Assembly: GCA_041675205.1 (NCBI GenBank)
Contig: JBAYUF010000002.1
Location: 68,568 to 132,567 of the forward strand
Length of the DNA stretch: 64,000 nucleotides
Direction of reading: 5' to 3'
Origin: Patescibacteria group bacterium
Lineage (GTDB): Bacteria > Patescibacteriota > Patescibacteriia > GWA2-46-9
Shown: positions 58,071-64,000 of the stretch, in pieces
Layout of the letters: every line of letters begins with the position of its first letter
Numbering within the stretch: the first letter of the stretch is position 1
Position numbers and translations under genes: made by a program
Notes under the pieces: model-generated
What the model was told of the DNA's origin: nothing
Seen by the model: the letters and a program-made list of their open reading frames with translations, nothing else
The model's database searches: none

Positions 58071-60047
58071 ATGAAATTCAAATTCCACTCCAAATTTAAA
58101 CCCACCGGTGATCAGCCAGAAGCTATTCGGCAACTTTCGACATGGCTCAAAGCCGGCAATACGCACCAGACACTACTCGGCGTTACTGGTTCAGGAAAAA
58201 CGTACACCATGGCCAAAGTCATTGAAGCCATGCAGCAGCCGACGCTTATTATCTCACCCAACAAGACGCTTGCCGCGCAGCTCTATGGTGAATTCAAACA
58301 GTTCTTTCCAGAGAACGCGGTTCACTACTTTGTTTCGTACTACGATTACTATCAACCTGAGGCGTATATTCCACAGTCCGATACGTATATTGCTAAAGAG
58401 TCGATGATAAACGACGAAATAGATCGGCTGCGACACGCCGCGACTCAGTCGTTATTAACGAGGTCAGACGTTATTATTGTTGCCTCGGTTTCGTGTATCT
58501 ATGGCTTAGGTTCACCAGAGAATTACCAGTCGCAGCGGGTGCCGATTTTAGTGGGTGACACATTGGGGCGGCAGGCATTTCTTAAGTCGCTGGTGCAGCT
58601 GCAGTATCAGCGGAACGATATCGATTTTCATCGCGGTACGTTTCGGGTGCGGGGGGAGATAGTCGAAGTGCATCCAGTTAGCGGCGAGGATGTTTTACGT
58701 TTCGAGTGGTATGGGTCAAAACTTGAGTCGATTACCTTGCTGCCGAATATGCTTGAGAAACGAGCGGGCGAGGCACGGAAAGCCGTGTCGCTCTCGACCG
58801 TCGACATTTATCCGGCCAAACATTTCGTAACGCCAGTGGATGGTCAAAAAGATGCGATAGCTGCAATTCGTGAGGAGTTAACTGTTCGACTGCAGGACCT
58901 ACGAGCCAACGAAAAATTGCTTGAAGCGCAGCGACTGGAAGAACGAACAAATTATGACTTAGAGCTTTTGGAGACAACTGGTTATTGTAATGGTGTTGAG
59001 AATTACTCACGTCATTTTGATGGTCGCCGCCCGGGTGAACCACCCTTTACCCTGCTTGATTATTTTGGGTTCTCAGCCCGGCAGCATAAGCTCCCAGGGT
59101 TTCTCACTTGTCTGGACGAGAGCCACATTGGTGTACCGCAAATTCGAGGTATGTATGCTGGCGACAGGTCGCGAAAACAAATGCTGATCGATTATGGCTG
59201 GCGTTTGCCGTCAGCGTTTGATAACCGACCATTAAACTTTCCAGAATTTTCAGAGCGAGTAGGTCAGCTCGTTTATGTTTCTGCAACACCAAATGAATAT
59301 GAGCTGCAACTTTCCGGCGCCCCTCACGGTTTCCGGGATGTTGCTAAACGTACGGCGTACAGCGTAAAGCGTACGGCTTCTATCCACGTGGCTGAGCAGC
59401 TGATTCGCCCAACCGGCATTCCAGACCCGAATATAGATGTTCGAAAAACTGAAGGTCAGCTGGATGATTTAGAGCGGGAGATTACGACACGTGTCGCAAG
59501 GGGTGAGCGAACACTCGTGACCACCCTGACGAAACGTCTCGCTGAAGACCTCACGGAATACTTGGCAGAGCGGCATATTCGGGTTCAGTATTTGCATGCG
59601 GACGTTGAAACACTGGAACGTATTGAGATACTCAAAGATTTGCGAGCTGGTCGCTACGACGTCATCGTTGGTATTAACTTACTTCGTGAAGGTTTAGATT
59701 TGCCGGAAGTGTCGCTCGTGGCAATACTCGACGCCGACAAAGAAGGGTTTTTGCGAAATGAAACAACGCTCATTCAAACCATGGGTCGAGCGGCGCGGCA
59801 CCCTGACGGGGCAGTAATTATGTACGCTGACAAAATTACTGGTTCTATGCGGCGGGCCATTGATGAGGTTATTCGCCGCCGCGCCATTCAGTTGGCCTAT
59901 AACAAGAAAAATCATATTACGCCCCGGGCAACGTTGCGAGATAATTTTGATTTGGTTACTTCGGCAAGTAGTGTGGATATAATGGACGAAGCACACGGTA
60001 CTACGCGAGCAACCAGGGGTGGTCGTCTGAAAAAGCCGCGGAAGTAA
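58071..60047 (+). CDS. uvrB: excinuclease ABC subunit B
   Basis: GVTGSGKT and the helicase motifs, with a UvrB C-terminal domain. Confidence 0.95.
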   Translation: MKFKFHSKFKPTGDQPEAIRQLSTWLKAGNTHQTLLGVTGSGKTYTMAKVIEAMQQPTLIISPNKTLAAQLYGEFKQFFPENAVHYFVSYYDYYQPEAYIPQSDTYIAKESMINDEIDRLRHAATQSLLTRSDVIIVASVSCIYGLGSPENYQSQRVPILVGDTLGRQAFLKSLVQLQYQRNDIDFHRGTFRVRGEIVEVHPVSGEDVLRFEWYGSKLESITLLPNMLEKRAGEARKAVSLSTVDIYPAKHFVTPVDGQKDAIAAIREELTVRLQDLRANEKLLEAQRLEERTNYDLELLETTGYCNGVENYSRHFDGRRPGEPPFTLLDYFGFSARQHKLPGFLTCLDESHIGVPQIRGMYAGDRSRKQMLIDYGWRLPSAFDNRPLNFPEFSERVGQLVYVSATPNEYELQLSGAPHGFRDVAKRTAYSVKRTASIHVAEQLIRPTGIPDPNIDVRKTEGQLDDLEREITTRVARGERTLVTTLTKRLAEDLTEYLAERHIRVQYLHADVETLERIEILKDLRAGRYDVIVGINLLREGLDLPEVSLVAILDADKEGFLRNETTLIQTMGRAARHPDGAVIMYADKITGSMRRAIDEVIRRRAIQLAYNKKNHITPRATLRDNFDLVTSASSVDIMDEAHGTTRATRGGRLKKPRK

Positions 60048-60189
60048 TCATAGAGCAACTGCCGGTGAGTTTTGTTAGCACGGGCATACGATAATTGACT
60101 TCGCGTGCAACCACGTGCTATTTTTGTTTTAGAAGCTCGCTGAAGCTCATCATTAGTATGAGAGCCGCGAGCTCCTTTCATTTTTTGAA

Positions 60190-60654
60190 ATGGAGGCAGG
60201 AAAAAAAGAGGGGGAATTTCGCTGTCAAAAATGCAGCCGCCTACTTGCGAAGGGGGAGCTGTATTCGGCGTCGCTGGCTATTAAGTGCGGGCGTTGCGGG
60301 TCAGTTAATTCCATTCTAGAAGCTATTGCAGATATGGTGATTATTACTGACATTGATGGAGTCATTCATTTTGCAAACGGGCAGGTGGAAGCCATGACTG
60401 GCTATACAATAGAAGAAGTCATTGGTCAGCGCCCATCCTTATGGGGTGGTCAGATGGACATTCAATTTTATAAAAATCTCTGGCTTGAAGTTAAAATTCA
60501 TAAACGCCCTATTGCCGTTTGGGTGATAAATCGTCGTAAAGACGGCACTCAGTATACGGCGGCGCTCCGTATTTCACCTGTACTAGATTCATCGGGCACC
60601 CTTAAATTTTTTGTCGGCATGGAGTCTCTTGTGCGGCCGACTATCACAATATAA
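60190..60654 (+). CDS. N-terminal zinc-ribbon + PAS domain protein
   Basis: CQKCSRL...CGRCGS followed by the PAS core ITDIDGVIHFANGQVEAMTGYTIEEVIGQ. Confidence 0.55.
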   Translation: MEAGKKEGEFRCQKCSRLLAKGELYSASLAIKCGRCGSVNSILEAIADMVIITDIDGVIHFANGQVEAMTGYTIEEVIGQRPSLWGGQMDIQFYKNLWLEVKIHKRPIAVWVINRRKDGTQYTAALRISPVLDSSGTLKFFVGMESLVRPTITI

Positions 60655-60658
60655 CTAT

Positions 60659-61156
60659 ATGCAGGCTCCTCAAGGACATCCAGCAGAAGAAGATCGCTTA
60701 GTTGCTCTGGAGCGATTGGGATTACTTAATACACCACAAGAAGCTCGTTTTGATGAGTTAACAAAGCGAGCTATGGCGCGTTTCGGTGTTCGTATGGCGG
60801 CGGTAACACTGATTGATCGTAAGCGCGAATGGTACAAGTCGTGCTGCGGCGATATTTGTCCGCCGGATCGCGAAGGGGCACGGAGTGTCTCCTTCTGTGG
60901 CCACGCCTTATTGGCAAACTATGTTTTTGTTGTGGCGGATACATTATTGGACCCCCGGTTCGCCGATAATCCTATGGTGGTGAACGCTCCATTCATTCGG
61001 TTTTACGCCGGCGTTGCTTTGCGTGAGCGTTCAAGTAATTTACCTGTTGGCGTTTTTTGTATCAAAGACACCAAGCCTCGAGAAATGACCGCGCAAGATA
61101 TTAGCGACCTCTTAGATTTTGCCAAAATTGCAGAGAGGGAGTTGCAGGTGAAGTAA
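60659..61156 (+). CDS. stand-alone GAF-domain protein
   Basis: EEDRLVALERLGLLNTPQEARFDELTKRA... Start taken at MQAPQG. Confidence 0.55.
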   Translation: MQAPQGHPAEEDRLVALERLGLLNTPQEARFDELTKRAMARFGVRMAAVTLIDRKREWYKSCCGDICPPDREGARSVSFCGHALLANYVFVVADTLLDPRFADNPMVVNAPFIRFYAGVALRERSSNLPVGVFCIKDTKPREMTAQDISDLLDFAKIAERELQVK

Positions 61157-61282
61157 GAAATAATTTGTTCATTTTCTTGCTTGCCCAAGATTCGATAGCA
61201 AAGAAAAGTTCGTCTGAGGCGGATCCGCCTCTGGGTGTAGGTCTGTTAAGGGGTTCTTTCCGTAAGCGCACTCCTCGAGATT

Positions 61283-61331
61283 CGGGGCACTGGAACCAAA
61301 AATTCCAGTGCCCCGAGCTCAGAACTTTTTT
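61283..61331 (+). terminator. rho-independent terminator between the GAF gene and convergent uvrC
   Basis: CGGGGCACTGGAA-CCAAAAA-TTCCAGTGCCCCG then AGCTCAGAACTTTTTT. Confidence 0.7.
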
Positions 61332-61365
61332 GAAACTTGAAGCTGGTTAAAATATTGGCAGATAA

Positions 61366-62682
61366 TTATCTCTGCAACAATTTTTTCCTTCTGAGGAGTG
61401 TATGGTAGCTCTTGCAGAAACGGTGGGCTTCGTCGCGAACGCGCTGAACGAGATGTAGTGCCGGAGAGGTACGTAGTAAGACCATGGCCGACACTTGGTT
61501 CGGTATAAAAATTTCTTCATAACGCTTGGCGAGCGAAATAAGCGGAACGGTTAAATGCAATTCGCGCCACACCTCAAGCGCGGCACTCAGTTGCGGTCGT
61601 CCTCCATCCACAATTACTAAGTCAGGCATTAGCCAGGGTTCTTTTGTACCACCTGGTCTGTGCTCAAAGCGTCGGCGAAATGTTTCCTTAAGGCTCGCAA
61701 CATCATTTGAGCCAATGACCGTTCTAATCTTAAATTTTTTGTATTCACGCTTATCAGCATTGCCATCTGTGAAAACGACCATTGATGAGGTAGTCAACGT
61801 GCCTGAGACGTGTGAAATATCATAACCTTCAATGCGGTGCGGTGGCTTTGCGAGCCCCAATACACGCCCCAGCTCAATAACATCGCCTTCAGCTTTTTCT
61901 TCATATCGTAGGATGTGCGTCATAACAATGACCTTTTCAAGCCATTGCAGTTGCTGGTCGATGCGCTGAAGACGAAAGCGTGACTCGTCATCTGTTTTTT
62001 TGGCTACCTGTCTTCGCTCTCTTTTTAAAGCGGAAACCACCAACCGTTTCTTCCCTTCAAAAAAAAGTTTAATTCGCCGAATACTTTTTCGGTATTCGAC
62101 AGCTGAGATTCGTCCACTGCATACACCTGGACAAAGCCCTAAGTGAGAGTCTAAGCAACCACGTCTACTATTTGGCACGCCCTCCTTCGCTGAAGCTTTG
62201 AAGGGCACGCACTTGGTTCGGTACGGAAAGAGTTTTCGAATGACCCGTAGTGCTTCTTTTACGGCTCGCGCATCAGTAAACGGGCCGAAGTATGTGCCGT
62301 CACTGCCAATTTTTCTCGTCGGCAGTATACGTGGGTATTCCTCGTCAGTGATAACGACAGAAAGAAATGTTTTATCGTCCCGTAGCAGTACGTTGTATGG
62401 CGGCCGGAGTTTTTTTATGTAGTGAGCTTCGAGGAGTAACGCCTCGATTTCAGAATCCGTTTCCTCATAGGTAATCGATGTGGCGTCAGCTAAAAGCTTT
62501 TGTTTGGCAGGTGAGTGGTTGCTGCTCAAGTGGAAATAAGACGAAACACGATTTTTTAGATTACTGGCTTTGCCAACATAAAGAACCCGGCGAGCGCGTT
62601 TATAGAAGTACACGCCGGGAGCAGTAGGAAGGTTTTTTGGTGCGGCTTTCATCTGTCCTAGTCTACTTTGCTGGCTGCTCAT
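61366..62682 (-). CDS. uvrC: excinuclease ABC subunit C, short form without the C-terminal (HhH)2
   Basis: GIY-YIG (GVYFYK...LYVGKA), UvrB-interaction and Cys motifs (CPGVCSG), and RNase H-like domain ending ...RDEAHRF... Confidence 0.75.
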   Translation of the reverse strand: MSSQQSRLGQMKAAPKNLPTAPGVYFYKRARRVLYVGKASNLKNRVSSYFHLSSNHSPAKQKLLADATSITYEETDSEIEALLLEAHYIKKLRPPYNVLLRDDKTFLSVVITDEEYPRILPTRKIGSDGTYFGPFTDARAVKEALRVIRKLFPYRTKCVPFKASAKEGVPNSRRGCLDSHLGLCPGVCSGRISAVEYRKSIRRIKLFFEGKKRLVVSALKRERRQVAKKTDDESRFRLQRIDQQLQWLEKVIVMTHILRYEEKAEGDVIELGRVLGLAKPPHRIEGYDISHVSGTLTTSSMVVFTDGNADKREYKKFKIRTVIGSNDVASLKETFRRRFEHRPGGTKEPWLMPDLVIVDGGRPQLSAALEVWRELHLTVPLISLAKRYEEIFIPNQVSAMVLLRTSPALHLVQRVRDEAHRFCKSYHTLLRRKKLLQR

Positions 62683-62738
62683 TGTGCAATGTGAGAAATG
62701 GACAAGTCTACACTCCGACGATACTATGGCAGAGACCT

Positions 62739-64000
62739 ATGCAAGACAAGCAAAAAAATTCAAAACCACAGCCAGTGAATCCACTTGCTGCTTTCGAAGA
62801 GGAGACACTTGCCTTTTGGCAGCAAGAAGACCTTTTTGCCCGGTCGGTTCGTGAGCGGCCAGAAGACAAACCCTTCGTTTTTTACGACGGCCCACCATAT
62901 GCAACTGGTGTGCCGCATATTGGCACGCTCTTAGCGCAAACGCAGAAAGATGTAGTGCCGCGCTACAAAACAATGCGTGGGTATCGCGTGACTCGGCGGT
63001 TCGGTTGGGATTGTCATGGTCTGCCAATTGAAGTGATGGTTGAGAAGTCGTTAGGATTAAACAGTCGAAAAGATATTGAAGCCATCGGTATTGAGCAGTT
63101 TAACACTGCGTGCCGCGAGACAGTTTTAAAGTACGTTGACGTTTGGCGGAGCGTCGTTACACGGATTGGTCGCTGGGTTGATTTTGATAATGACTACAAA
63201 ACGATGGATCTCGACTTTATGGAGTCGGGTATTTGGGTGTTTAAACAGCTATATGACAAGGGGCTTGTTTACGAGGCCTACAGAAGTTCACTGTATTGTA
63301 CGCGTTGCGAGACGCCACTCTCTAAAATGGAAAGCGGCGGGGAAAATTATCACGATGCGGTTGACCCGTCGGTCTATGTGGGATTTAAGGTGCACGGTGA
63401 AATTGATACGTACTTACTGGCTTGGACAACAACGCCGTGGACCCTTTCAGCAAATACTGCTTTGGCCGTGAACGCAAAAACCACGTATGTGAAGGCACGT
63501 TTGAAGACAGAAAAAGCACCATGGGCTGGCCGAGTGGTAATCCTTGCTAAGGATAGACTATCAGTGCTTGCGGATGAGCCGTATGAGGTGCTGGCCGAGG
63601 TGGCGGGAGATGCGTTAGTCGGTATGCGTTATGCGCCTGTTCAGCAATTTATTGCTCCCGACAATACTGACAAGGCATACCGAGTACTGCATCAAGATTT
63701 TGTGTCGCTCGACGACGGCACTGGTATCGTTCACATCGCACCGGCCTTTGGCGAGAATGATTTCTTGGCGCATCAAAACGACGACGTGCCACTTATTCTG
63801 ACGATTGGGGATGATGGCCGGTATCTCCCAGAGGTGAAGCCATATGCCGGTCGGCACGTTAAGGAGGCAGATTCAGATATTGTGGTTGATCTCACGAATG
63901 CCGGCGCTGTCTTTAAGTCGGACAGTATTACGCACAGTTACCCTTTTTGCTGGCGGTGCAAAGAGCCGCTCATTTATAAGGTGCAAGATTCTGTGTTTGT
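62739..64000 (+). CDS. ileS: isoleucyl-tRNA synthetase, 5' portion (continues past window)
   Basis: PPYATGVPHIGT (HIGH region) and the CP1-editing start. Confidence 0.9.
   Translation, partial: MQDKQKNSKPQPVNPLAAFEEETLAFWQQEDLFARSVRERPEDKPFVFYDGPPYATGVPHIGTLLAQTQKDVVPRYKTMRGYRVTRRFGWDCHGLPIEVMVEKSLGLNSRKDIEAIGIEQFNTACRETVLKYVDVWRSVVTRIGRWVDFDNDYKTMDLDFMESGIWVFKQLYDKGLVYEAYRSSLYCTRCETPLSKMESGGENYHDAVDPSVYVGFKVHGEIDTYLLAWTTTPWTLSANTALAVNAKTTYVKARLKTEKAPWAGRVVILAKDRLSVLADEPYEVLAEVAGDALVGMRYAPVQQFIAPDNTDKAYRVLHQDFVSLDDGTGIVHIAPAFGENDFLAHQNDDVPLILTIGDDGRYLPEVKPYAGRHVKEADSDIVVDLTNAGAVFKSDSITHSYPFCWRCKEPLIYKVQDSVF

Noticed and set aside
61201-61230. GAGGCGGATCCGCCTC perfect palindrome as a regulatory site
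   Set aside because: Single occurrence adjacent to a clear terminator; no supporting context.
62737-63027. 96-aa minus-strand ORF
   Set aside because: Lies entirely inside the ileS 5' coding region on the other strand.

Overview
Gene-dense 64 kb bacterial window with a ~50% GC background and several high-GC (~58-62%) patches. Tight or overlapping gene junctions suggest a small-genome bacterium, possibly a CPR/Patescibacteria-like lineage; this is not proven.

Core content: a guaB(CBS-less)-add-guaA purine cluster; rpsO-[NYN-domain gene]-pnp; DksA-like; lspA; comM/yifB; ftsK; a RodZ-like protein; recA; efp; rpsF-ssb-rpsR; ychF; recQ; folD; glyA; murI-murD; gdhA; trpS; a short Rel/SpoT; topA; dprA; uvrB; a short uvrC; the ileS 5' end; tRNA-Arg(TCT) and tRNA-Gly(GCC).

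Regulatory and hidden features found by reading the DNA:
- a near-consensus sigma70 promoter for rpsO;
- two near-leaderless genes whose promoters abut the ATG;
- a TrpR/YerC-family repressor with TGTACTAGTACA palindromic operators;
- an unannotated 22-codon trp leader peptide (tandem Trp codons) plus attenuator terminator ahead of trpE-trpG;
- a third, 30-bp perfect copy of the same palindrome elsewhere;
- a 34-bp tandem repeat (4.4 copies) whose 16-nt core recurs 22 kb away;
- two hairpin-rich non-coding stretches that may be structured RNAs.

High-GC patches carry likely accessory genes: a Tat-signal LAS/M15 metallopeptidase; a TTG-start hypothetical; a Cys-rich hypothetical; an EamA-like membrane protein; and an island at 46.9-49.7 kb with three secreted proteins, one OMP-like with a C-terminal Phe. 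Two of these genes share a conserved hairpin element just upstream of their ribosome-binding sites. A fold-III PLP decarboxylase sits next to a high-GC gene of unknown function.

All calls rest on motif recognition in the supplied ORF translations and on direct reading of the DNA; no database searches were run.
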